Part shown: positions 37,453 through 49,511 of the stretch, one piece after another
Layout: each line of letters starts with the position of its first letter
Position numbering within the stretch: the stretch's first letter is position 1
Translations under genes and position numbers: made by a program
Origin: Azolla caroliniana
Taxonomy: Eukaryota; Plantae; Polypodiophyta
Assembly: GCA_043228905.1 (NCBI GenBank)
Contig: JBHGNT010000012.1
Coordinates: forward strand, 4,464,001-4,528,000
DNA: 64,000 nt
Reading direction: 5' to 3'
The notes under the pieces: generated by a model
The model's input: only the letters and a program-made list of their open reading frames with translations
Databases searched by the model: none
Told to the model about the DNA's origin: nothing

Positions 37453-38891
37453 ACATGGAGCGACCATGTCCAGTCCGGCGGTTGGACAATTGGTGCTTGT
37501 GTTAGCATAACCTTCAATGCCATGTAAACTTCGTCCTCTATTTCTGTCCATTGGAATGGAGTACAATGCACCGCCGCGTGTAGAGGTGTCACGAACTCGG
37601 ATAGGTAACACAACATCTGACTATGCCATCGTATTTGTCCTAGGAAGTGGCTAAGGGCTTTGGCATTTTTCAGGTTCGGTGCTTCGATGATCGCCTTGAT
37701 TTTCCGTAGGTCGATCGCAATGCCCTCACTACTTATTATGTGTTCGAGGAGTGCACCACTCGTAACGCTAAACGTGCACTTTGCTGGATTGAGGCTAAGC
37801 CTCACTAATCGGCATCATTCCAAACATAACTGCAAATCTCAAAGATGGTCCCTTTGCATCTATAAACTACAAAATCATAGAGGAAGACCTACATAAACGT
37901 GGGTATGTACTCGCTGAAAATTTCCGTGATGAAGCGTTCAAATGTTGTCGGTGCCATTTTGAGCCCGAAAATCATCACGACTACTACAAACACACCCGAT
38001 TTTGTTATGAACGTCGTCTTCTCCTCGTCATCCAAGTGCATGTGAATCTGGCTGTAGCCACTAAAGCCGTCTAAAAAACTGTATATTTTGTTGCCAGCCA
38101 ATGCATCCAACACCCCATCCGTGAAGGGTAAGGGGAATGCGTCGGTTACTGTGACCGCATTCAATTTCCTATAATCGATGCATATGTGGATTTTCCTATT
38201 TTTCTTCTGCATTACAATGATTGGACTCAGCCAGGTCGAATGAATTCGATTTTTAAAAGTTTGTCTATTTCTTCTTTGACACGAACCACGTAGTTTAGGT
38301 TCATTCGATATCGACGTTGTTGGACCAGCTTCACCTCCATCGAGAGGTTGATTTGGTGTTTGTAGAATTTTGGATCTAGCCCTTTCATATCCTCTTGTGA
38401 CCATGCGAACATGTCCTTGTACTCTCGTAGTAGTTTGATCATGGCCGTCTTTTTGGAAGGTGGTAAATCCTTCACAATGGAAAGACTGTGGTTGGGGTTC
38501 CTCGGTAGTTCCAAGATTGATTTCTTCCCACACTGATGTCATAACTCATCAGGAAATCTCCATTTCTCATTCGAATGTGAAGCTCCATAAGCACTTCGAT
38601 GTCCAGTTCACATCTGTCTTCTCCAACCATCGCAAGAGTGATGTATGTGTCCGCTGCTTGGATGATGTCAATTTTGAACAAGGGGACGATTCGAGGGTTT
38701 TCGTCCAAATAGTTATCCAATTCGTCCTCATCCAGACCCTCTAGCATGTTGATTCCTTCCACGTATAGCGGAGTCATGGCTTTTGTTGGTAGTGCACTTT
38801 CTTGAGTTCGCACCCAAATTTTCCCTTTGGCCTCGGCGAAATCTAATGTTGTTGTATTGCCAATTCTGCTTAATGTTCACGGACCATAGCC

Positions 38892-39020
38892 TGTTGGGAA
38901 TATGTCCCTCCAGTGGAAGGAAGAACCGACTGTTCGGAAAGCTGACAGTCGAAGAGTCAAAAACAGTGAGTCGACTATTTGTGAATTTGACTATTATTAT
39001 TATGGTAATAATAATGATGA
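38892..39020 (+). repeat. 5' fragment of a Copia LTR interrupted by the element at 39021
   Basis: TGTTGGGAATATGTCCCTCCAGTGG matches the minus-strand LTR start at 60178. Confidence 0.7.
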
Positions 39021-41615
39021 TGTTAGGAAACAGGTCTCTCCGGATGGGAAGAGAGGGAGGAGCCGAGTTAATGAGGGACTCGGCCGAGGCCGAAACCATA
39101 ATCGTGTATATAGCCAACTCGGGAGACTATACTTGTAAATCGTCTCAATATGCGTCGGATGAGGGCTAGGTATCTAAATAGATGGAAAGTTGTATAAGTA
39201 TATATGCAACTAGAGCAAACCTTATGAGGTGTACAGAAGTTGTAGTGTGCGGTATAGAGAACTAAGAGAGAGAGTGTGTGTTTTGGAGCCGCGCCATAGC
39301 TGTGTGAGTAACAGTAGACGCGAAGAGCCCTGTGTGGCTGATACACTCAACAAAGTGTTGTAATCATCTCTGTATTGTATATCCACTATCCATAGTGAAG
39401 ATTTTGTTCCCATGGTTTTCTCCCGTTTTAGGGTTTCCATGTAAATCTCTGTGCACTTTTGTTTATCTTGTCTTTCTGGCATTTCTGTAATTCGTATTTC
39501 AGCATTGTCTGTTCATTGTGATTAAATTTTTGCATCGATTTCTCAACAAACTAGTATCAGAGCTTGAGCTGCAAGCATGGAAGGAGTTGTGAGTGGATTC
39601 CTAGGCATGTTAGTTCTGAACTCACAGAACTATGCAGACTGGAAGATAAAGATGGAAGACCTTCTCATAGTTAGAGACCTATACAAGCTAGTCGACAGAG
39701 CAGAAATACCTAGGGGGGTATTGGAGTTGGACTGGAAGCTTCTGAATAGGAAGGCGGTGGCCACAATCCAACAATGTGTCGATGTAAGTGTTCTTCAGCA
39801 TGGGGCGAACGACACGAATGCCCACAAGATGTGGCAGAAGTTGTCGAGTCTGTACGAGAGGAAGAACGCACTAAACAGAACCTCGCTAATGAGAAAAATC
39901 GTACAGCTGAAATACAGAGACGGTGAGAGCATCGTCGAACACATCAGCACATTTATTGGGTATGTAAATCAACTTGCTGCGACCAAGTTTCCCCTAGATG
40001 ACGCAATGCAGGCCCTCTTGCTGATGTGTACACTACCAGAAAGCTGATAAAACTTGGTGGTTACTCTCAGCACCTCCTGTCAAGATGAGAACTTGTCTTA
40101 TAGATGGTGAAGACAAGCATCCTAAATGAGGAGGCAAGGAGGAAAGACAAAGGAATCCTGTCCCAAACGGAGTCGAATCTGACTGAACATATGGACAGAG
40201 GAAGGAAGAGACCGGCAAAGAAGAAGTCCGCAGCGAACACACAAATCCCACGCCAGATCGAAGTCCAGAGGTAAGCCTATGTGCTTTTATTGTGGAAAAC
40301 CTGGACACTTCCAAAAAAACTACCAACACATGAAGAAAGACAAGAGTGTCGGAAATAATGTCGAACCCCAGAAGATTCCAGATAAAAAGAACACTTCGTC
40401 CATTGCTACAAGCAATGAGGAACTCCTATTCATCTGTGAACAGACAAGTGCAAACCTTGCAAGCAAAGAGTGCACTTGGGTGATTGATTCCGGTGCATCC
40501 TTCCATATTACTCTGTCGAGAGAGTATTTCTCGACTTACATAGCCGAGGATCATGGCTATGTAAAGATGGGTGATAGTAGAAAGTGCAAGATAACCGGAG
40601 TCAGAAGTGCGTGCTTAACGATGTCGACAGGGTGTCGACTAACGTTGAAGGATGTTCGACACGTCCCCGATATCAGATTGAATCTGATATCAACTGGAAG
40701 GCTTGATGACAAAGGCTACAGTGGTAGCTTTCAAAATGGCAAGTCGAAGTTCTGTCGAGGAAATCTCATAGTGGCCCGAGCACAAAAAGAAGGCACATTG
40801 TACATGATGCATGCCCGACTGTGCAAATCGGAAGTAAACGTGGCAGCCGACTCGGCAAGGGAGATATGGCACAAGAGGCTAGGCCACATGAGTGAGAAGG
40901 GAATGCACCTATTTGCCAACCAGAAACTTCTACCAGAAGTCAAGGGAGTACACCTGGAGAAGTGTGTCGACTGCTTAGCCGGAAAGCAGAACAGGACGGC
41001 ATTCCACACGAGACCACCGAGGAGAAGAGAAGCTACACTGGAACTAGCGCACACGGATGTGTGCTATGTGGATGCTCCATCGCATCGAGGAGGACAGTAC
41101 TTTGTAATGTTTATTGACGACTACATTCGGAAAACATGGGCCTTCGTACTGAAGTCGAAGGATCAAGTACTGTCGGTTTTCAAGGAGTTCCAGGCAAGAA
41201 CTGAAAGAGAGTCGGGTCGGAAACTGAAGGTTGTCCGAACCGACAATGGTGGTGAGTATAGAGGGCAGTTTGAGGAATACTGCAAGTACCAAACCGAATA
41301 CACAGTGCCAAAGACCCCAGAGTTGAACAAGCTTGCAGAGAGGATGAATTGAACGATCATGGAGAGAGTAAGGAGCATGTTGTCACAGGCTAAACTACTG
41401 AAAGCCTATTGGGCTGAGGCGATGTACACAGTTGTCTATTTGATCAACAGGTTTCCCTCAGTACCATTAAAGGGTGATGTCCCACAGAGGGTGTGGATAG
41501 GTAAGGATGTCTCTTATCAACACCTGGGGGTGTTTGGATGCTTGGTGTATATGCATGTACCAAAGGATCAGAGGTCAAAGCTCGATAGCAAGTCAAAAGC
41601 ATGCATATTCATGGA
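39021..41615 (+). mobile_element. Ty1/Copia element 5' half (LTR 39021-39548, gag, PR, INT)
   Basis: PBS TAGTATCAGAGC 39552-39563. ORFs 39577..40047, 40279..41352 (CFYCGKPGH, WVIDSGASFH, RTDNGGEY), 41359..41694. Confidence 0.9.
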
Positions 41616-42146
41616 TGACGAGAGCTCAAGGCTCCTTTTGCGCAACGCTCGGCCACAACCAAGCTTAGAATCATACACAGAAAACGGAAAATAAAACACG
41701 ACACAAAGGAGAGAAGGGTACACAGGATGTTTACGTGGAAAACCCAAACTAAGGGAAAAAACTACGGCAGCCCACAGGCTGCAAACTATCACTATGTTAG
41801 TATGTACAACAGTGAGTTCACGGAGGCAACGACCTCGTGCTCACGATCCTCGCCACAGGCAGCGGTTACAACAGAGGCAATGACCTCTTTCTCTCTCTCT
41901 CTCTCTGTACACAGTTATGCGCTCTCTCACTCCTTGCACCAACAAGAATGACAACAACAACAACAACCATTTCTAGAAGTTTACCCTAAGTCATATTTAT
42001 ACTAATATGACTTTTCGTCTATTTACAAATATAGCCTCGATGGACTCTCAGAAACATATTTACGAATATGTCTCTTCATCCGGTGAGCATTCCTCACCGG
42101 GTCTGCACCATCCGGCTCTCCGTAGCCGGGTACTCCTCATCCGGTT
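41616..42146 (-). repeat. Truncated LTR of the 54-bp-repeat family
   Basis: Collinear with 14838-15350 and 45607-46120. Breaks inside the tandem repeat and joins Copia RT at CCGGTT. Confidence 0.85.
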
Positions 42147-45100
42147 TCCGCCTTCACCTTGTACACCCATTTGTTCCTGAGTGCTCTCTTACCTTTCGGC
42201 GGTTCTTTTAGGTCATAGGTATAATTCTCGTCCAAAGAATCCATCTCATCTTGTATCGCGCTCAACCCTTTCTCTTTGTGCTCATCGACAATGACTTCTT
42301 CATAGCACTCTAGGTCACCTTCATCAGTCAAGAGGATGTACTGACTGGCATATGTTGTCACTGCTCTCCTTTCTCTGAGTGGGGATCTCCTTCCACTCAT
42401 TGTCGACTCTCGTTCGGGTCTCTCTGTCGGCTCTCCTCTTTGCTAGGGTTCATATATGTCGATCTACTTTTGAAGGTTGGACGACTCCAATTCGTATTCC
42501 TTGATCGATCTTAACAACTCTGCCAACTCGGAATCGGTTGTGCCGACTGGATGTCTCCGAACAGCCAACTGTGTTGGTTCCCTTGGCCTCAAGTCGATAA
42601 TAGTAGAGGTTGATTGGGTAGTCGATTCTGACTTCTATTGCTTCTAGTGCTCTATTGTCTTGTCTTCCAAGAAGACTACATCCCGACTCCTCACTACTTT
42701 CTTGTTCACTAGGTCCCATAGCCTATAGCCAAACTCATCTTCCGAGTATCCCATGAATACGTATGGTTTCAACTTACTATTGAGCTTCGACCTCTGATCC
42801 TTAGCTACATGCATATACACCAGACATCCGAACACCCTCAAGTGTCGGTAGGAGACATCCTTTCCTGCCCACACCCTTTGTGGGACATCGCCTTTTAACA
42901 GTACTGAGGGGGACTTGTTGATAAGATAAATAGTCATGTACATTGCCTCAATCCTAGTATATTTTCGGTAGTTTAGCTTGTGACAACATGCTCCTTACTC
43001 TCTCCATGATTGTCCGGTTCATCCTCTCTGCAAGCCCGTTCAACTCAGGGGTCTTCGGTTCTGTGTATTCGATTGCAATACCTTGGGCCTTGCAGTATTC
43101 CTCGAACTTACCTTTATATTCACCACCATTGTTAGTTCGGACAACCTTCAACTTCTGACCTGACTCCCGTTCAGCTCTTGCCTAGAACTCCTTGAAAAAT
43201 GATAGTACTTGATCTTTTGACTTTAGTATGAAAGCCCACAACTTCTGACTATAGTCATCGATGAAAGTCAGAAAGTATTGTCCGCCTCGATGCGACGGAG
43301 CATCTACATAACACACATCCGTGTGTACCAGTTCCAGTGCAACTTCTCTTCTTCTTGGTGGCCGTGTGTGGAATGATGCTCTATTCTACTTTCTGACTAA
43401 GCAGTTGACACACTTATCTAGGTGCACTCCCTTTACTTCTATTAGAAGCTTCTGGTCAGCCAATAGATGCAGCCCCTTCTCACTCATGTGGCCTAACCTC
43501 TTACATGCCATATATGTCCTGCCGAGTCAGCTGCCAGATTCACTTTCGACTTGCACAGTCAGGCTTGCATCATATACAATGTGCCTTCCTTCTGTGCTCG
43601 GGCCACTATAAGATTTCCTCGGCAGAACTTCCATTTCCCGATTCGGAAGCTACCACTGTAGCCTTCATCGTCCAATCTTCCAGTCGATATCAAATTCAGC
43701 CTTATATCAGGGACATGTCGAACATCCTTCAGAATCAGTCAATACCCTGTCAATGTCGTCAAACAAACACTTCCGACTCCGACTATCTTGCACTCCCCAC
43801 TGTCATGCATCTTTACATAACCATGATCATCGGCTATGTAAGTTGAGAAATACTCTCTCGACGGAGTTATGTGGAAGGATGCACCGGAGTTGATCACCCA
43901 AGTGCATTCTTCACTTGCAAGTTTTTCACTTGTCTATTCACAAATGAACAAATGTTCTTCATTGCTCGTAGCAATGGCTGATGTGTACTTTTCTTCAGGA
44001 ATCTTCCTGGGTTCGACATTATTACCGACACTCTTTTCCTTTTCAAGGTGTCGGCAGTCCTTCTGGAAATATCCAAGCTTTCCACAATAAAAGCATACAA
44101 GCTTACCTCTAGACTTCGACTTGGCTTGAGACTTTTCTCTCCTTGGTGGACTTCTTTGCCGGTTCCTTCCTCTGCCGATGTGTTGAGTCAAATTTGACTC
44201 TGACTAGACTAGGACACCATTGTCCTTCCTTCTCGCTTCCTCATGTGTTACCCGACCGGCAAAGGTGCAGAGACCAGAATGTGAAAGGGATGGTTATTCG
44301 GAATAGATTATAATTATGTAGTGAACAGACGGACCAGAATCGGTATGCCGATCCAGATCCAAACCGGTTCCGAACAAGTACCGGTTGGCACCGTTTTGTA
44401 CGCGACACCGGTGACCTATATAAAGACCCGGTTACAATGTATAACTTTTAACGGAGAATTAATATAAGCTTCTTGTTTTATCTTCACGTATTGATTACCA
44501 TTCTATATTAATTGTTATATCTTACGCGTGTATTAAGTGAATGCCTTATTGCTAAGTAGCCAATTAAGTCGGATTAATCGTTGTGTCTTAAGTTATCTCG
44601 CTGTAACACCCCTTTGGTGAAGTGTCTTCCGGAGACACCCTGTGTTAGGCCATTGTCCGGCCGTAAGGATTAACACAGTTTTTGGCGACCACGATTCTTG
44701 CACAATTGCAGCGAACATCGGTGGGATTGGATGACGCAACCAACGGACGACCCGGTTACGGAGCGAGCAAGGAGACTTGATGAACGGCTGAGGAAGCGCG
44801 AGGCTCTCTAGCAAGCGGCAGAAGAAATCAGAGTGGACCGCTCATTTTCCAAGGTGATCCGGAGAGTGGCCAAGGAGTCACTTCGGTTACCACAAAACGC
44901 CTACCCAGACGAAGGGCAGCCTAAGCAGCCTCCAGGAAGCGGAATCCCTTCTCTAGGCATTGGCAACGGGGGAAGGCGAATCCGAATCGTTTTCGGCATT
45001 TGAATCGGGTTCGAACAGGGAATACAGCACGCAGACGAACTACCGCACCAGTAACGACACCCCAGGCGGACCAAAGGATGAGGAGTCGGATACCTTGCCG

Positions 45101-45606
45101 ACACCGGAACCAGAATTGATAAGGCTAGAAACTCTGATACCGGAAGTTTACCACACTCCGGAACCATAAGTCGAGGATGAGAGACCTCTGACACCGGAAG
45201 TCCAGGAGGAGAAGCCTCCGACACCGAAAGAGGAGCAGTAAAGACCTCCGACGGCGACAGGAGACCGGGAAAAACCTCTGACACCAAAAGAGGACGAACA
45301 ACCACCAACACCACCAGCCCGTGTACAGACACCAGATGACGATATGCCGTTCCAATATCCCAGATATCGGGATGATCCGGACGCGGAAGCCCACGTCCAT
45401 GCGTTTTAGCAGACCTAGGAAGCAAACCATGTGTCTCAATGCTTAAATGCAGCCGAAGAGGAACACTCAAAAAGGGCAGAGTTCAGCATGACCTTGGAGG
45501 GACCAGCCGCCAGATGGCACCGAACACAAGATCCCAACACCATCCCCACGTTTGAAACATTAAAAACAGAAATTTTGCATTTCTTTCACAAGGAGATGGA
45601 CCAATG

Positions 45607-46362
45607 TGATGGGAACTCAACGCTCCTTATGCGCAATGATTGGCCACAACCGAGCTTCTAATTATACACAGAAAACGGGAATGAATGCACGACACAAAAA
45701 AAGAGATGAGTACGCAGGATGTTTACGTGGAAAACCCAAACTAAGGGAAAAACCACGGCCGCCCACAGGCTGCAAACTATCACTATGCTAGAATGTAAAA
45801 TAGTGAGTTCACAAAGGCAACGACCTCGTGCTCACGATCCTCGCCATAGGCGGCGGTTACAACAGAGGCAACGACCTCTTTCTCTCTCTCTCTCTGTACA
45901 AAGTTCCACGCTCTCTCTCTCCTTGCACCAACAAGAGTGACCAACAACAATCAAGAGTTTGCTCTAACTCATATTTATACTAATATGACTTTTCGGCTAT
46001 TTATAAATATAGCCTCTATGGACTCTCAGAAACATATTTACGAATATGTCTCTTCATCCAGTGAGCACTCCTCACCGGGTCTGCACCATCCGGCTCTCCG
46101 TAGCCGGGTACTCCTCATCCGGTTCTCACCGGGTCTGCACCATCCGGCTCTCCGTAGCCGGGTACTCCTCATCCGATTCTCACCGGGTCTGCACCATCCG
46201 GCTCTCCGTAGTCGGGTACTCCTCATCCGGTTCTCACCGGGTCTGCACCATCCGGCTCTCCGTAGCCGGGTACTCCTCATCCGATTCTCACCGGGCTCGG
46301 TCGAGTTTGTTCATCAGCACTATTCTACACCCTTCCCATCCGGAGGGACCTGTCTCCCAACA
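45607..46362 (-). mobile_element. Solo LTR (54-bp-repeat family), TSD CAATG
   Basis: TG...CA, CAATG at 45602-45606 and 46363-46367, about 4 repeat units 46072-46295. Confidence 0.92.
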
Positions 46363-48784
46363 CAATGGGAAATGGTAGGCTTATTTTACAGTATCCGACA
46401 GGAACCAACGTGGAACATTTAGCAATTTGTCATCCGGTTCCATCGGATCCACAGTCAGCTCAGCCGGACACCACCGGAGGAAGAAACAAAGGCAATATTC
46501 TTAGCAGCCCTCCGGGAACCCTTACGTACGGTCTTCACCATTATTGATTTCCGCACCAGTAGCATAGATCAAGTGATCGATCGAGTTCGGGAAATGGAAA
46601 CCTCAAGTTCATGGCTAACCATGGGCACACTTCAACGGGCATTACCAACGGAAGAGGACCTCCGTTTTCGGCAAGCAGTTCAATGTACAACATGCTTGAA
46701 TGCCGGACATTCGGCGCTGGAATGCACCATGCGTTCCCAATGCTTGCTCTGCCACTCTAGAAGTCACACAATAGAACGGTGTGAGTATAACTTGTTAAAT
46801 CGGCAAGCACCACCGGTTCGGCAAATTGAACCACGGAGCAACCAGGAGGAAGAAGAAGAACATTGGTGGCGAGAGGAGCGTTATGGACCGGCACAAGATG
46901 TCCGGTACAGTGATCGAAGAGACGCTTATGACCGGTATGACAGATACCAGGACTATAATGGATGGTACGAGATCACTCCCCTGGTTACAACCACCGAAGG
47001 GACAACTATGGCAAGTATGACGACCAACACCGTCAAGGTTACCGAAACAAAAAGAATTTCAAGAAACGTCATTTCAACAAAAAGGGGGGTCATCCACGGG
47101 AACCGGAAAAGGGCACTCCAAGTTCTTACCACAGGACCTCCACCAAGCACACACGTCGAATCCAGCAACACCTAGAAGCCGTACTACTATTATTGCCAAC
47201 AAGAAGGCCACTATAGTAATCAATGCCTCGCGAAGAACTACGACAAGCAACCAACGGTAAACATGGTAGACGCGGAAGTCGCAGACATACAACAAGTTAC
47301 TACAAGATCAAAAGGCAAAGCCATAGAGTGGGAAACTCAAGAAGCCATCCGGAAGCAGGCAACCAAATCGGTGAAGAATGCAAATGAGCGGAATGCGGCA
47401 AAGCTCGAGCAACAAAAGGAGAATGCTGAAGAGCTCACCAACCCAAGGCAGCCCGAAAACCCAACCTGGCAGGCGTTACAAGAATGCCAAATAACGTTTC
47501 CATTAGGCCGGTTATTGCAACTGGTACCACACTTCACGGAAGGACTGAAGACCGGAAGGACAGTAGCTAACACACCACTGGCTCCGGCCTTCTTTTCAAA
47601 TCCAAAGGAAGGACCGGTAGTGGTGGACACAAGCAGTCCGGCAATTACAGCCATCGTGAAGGGAAAGGAGCTACCGGGCATGATTATCGATGGAGGATCC
47701 GACATGAACGTGATCAGCCTCCAAATGTGTAACACTCTAGGAATCCATGACTGGGAACCATGCCCGTTTTGGCTTCGGATGGCGGACACAAGCCCAGTAC
47801 GGCCAACCGGATTAATACGTGATCTGGAAGTGACCATCGGGGGTCACACATTTCGCATTTCCGCAGTAGTTCTCTAGCTACAGGCTCAGGGAGCTTACTC
47901 ACTATTGTTGGGACGCCCTTGGTTAAACACAACACACATAAAGCAAAACTGGAGGAAGAATATAATTACGTTCCGGCGTGGGAAAGCGAAAGTACGAGTA
48001 CAGACTCAACCACGATCCGGTACCGATAACGAGTCAACGCCGCTATATGCGGAATGTGTCAACATGCTGGAAGGATTGGCAGACGAAGAGGTCGATCAAT
48101 ACTTACAGGAAAATCCGAAGATCGTACCTCTGTTCGAGATTGATGTAGCCGAAGCAGTATCACCATACATACTGCAACCGGGCGGGACCGACGAGGAACC
48201 GGATAAAGAAGCAATCCGGGAATTACGGCAAGCACAGGAGGCACTGGAAAAAGAAATGGCAGTATCGCAGCGCGTGAAAGCATCCCAACTAGAAGAGGTA
48301 AACCTAGGTACCACAGAGGACACAAGACCAGTGCACATCGCCAAGGAAATGACCCCAGAGAACAAAATGGCAATGATCACACTTCTAAAAGAATTTCGCG
48401 ATGTGTTCGCCTGGTCCTACAAGGACATGCCGAGACTCGATCCTCAGTTGTATCAACACCAGATACATTTGAGTAAAGACGCCAAACCGGTAGCACAACG
48501 GTGTTACCGGATGAACCCGAATTATGCAGCAAAAGTCAAAGAAGAAATCGACAAGTTGCTAAGAGTGGGCTTCATCCGACCGGTAAAGAAAGCCACATGG
48601 CTCAACCCGATAGTCGTAGTACCCAAAAAGAACGGTAAGATCAGAGTGTGCGTCGATTACTGGAAATTGAATGCGGCTACGGTGTCATAGTGTATTCCAC
48701 ACACTATGTGAAAACCATAAAATAATATATCCGATTTTAGATACATATAAATAAATAAAATAAGAATATCAAAATATTTATCAT

Positions 48785-48852
48785 GTGCATAGGGCAAGAT
48801 TCAAACCCTGTACCTCCACGTAGCCAAACCTCAACTTTACCATTATGCTACC
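48785..48852 (-). ncRNA. tRNA-like Pol III module in 5' LTR
   Basis: Minus strand GGTAGCATAATGGTAAAG (A box TAGCNNAATGG)...CAGG-GTTTGAAT-CTTG (T arm, B box), followed by T tracts. Confidence 0.6.
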
Positions 48853-49511
48853 TTATCTTTAGTGTTCTACAAATAGATTTAATAACTATAAGTGCTTTAT
48901 TTGTGCCTACCTTTATTAAAAGGTAAATCATGCATTTTTAGAGTGCGTGAATATTTTATAGAAAAACGCAAGCAACTAAAAAGTGACTCATGCACATCTA
49001 GCGTGCATGAGCACTATATTTAGCAAATAAAAGCAAGGATTAGAAAAGCATCACATGCACATTTAGTGTGCATGAACATATTAGAAAAAAAAGCATGTAG
49101 CTATGCTTAGTCTCTCCCATCACTACATAAGGATGGGGAGCACAATGTAATAGGTGTGTGAAATATTTGGAAATTGGATATATTTCCGAAAACACCAACC
49201 GATTAATATAATCGTGGGATTCACGAAAATAATATAATCTATACTTGTGGGATTCACAAGCTTCTTATATCTTTCTTTCAATCTAAATACATATTCTTAT
49301 CTAAATATTGATTAATCGAATACAATACACTCGTGGGATTCAGGAAATTTCTATCTCTCTTTCTAATAATCTATTCATTACTAGCCTCATCTCATATTCT
49401 TCTTTCTCCTAGTCCAAAACCTCAGTGGTTCCCACCCGACTCACGCAACGATCCGGCGCCGAAAGGCACGACACAAGTGGTGAACCCGACGTGAAGACGG
49501 GTGGCAAGGAG

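Larger units (their letters stand above)
25109..38891 (-). mobile_element. Ty3/Gypsy element B (non-chromovirus), 5' part lost; RT 37425-38540, RH ~35300-35670, INT 33950-35200, extra 3' ORF 25785-33600, 3' LTR ~25109-25735
   Basis: RT (IDYRKLN, FPLPFTDGVLD), INT (PFHKWGLDFVGPF, STPYYPEANG). LTR resembles 12480-12750. LTR limits approximate. Confidence 0.85.

Noticed and set aside
41616-42146. 3' LTR of the minus Copia 42147-60178
   Set aside because: It does not match that element's 5' LTR (59094-60178). It belongs to the 54-bp-repeat family and was joined by deletion.
48785-48852. Functional tRNA gene
   Set aside because: No convincing acceptor or anticodon stem, so only a tRNA-derived promoter-like remnant is supported. 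The same applies to 23830, 23980 and 59710.
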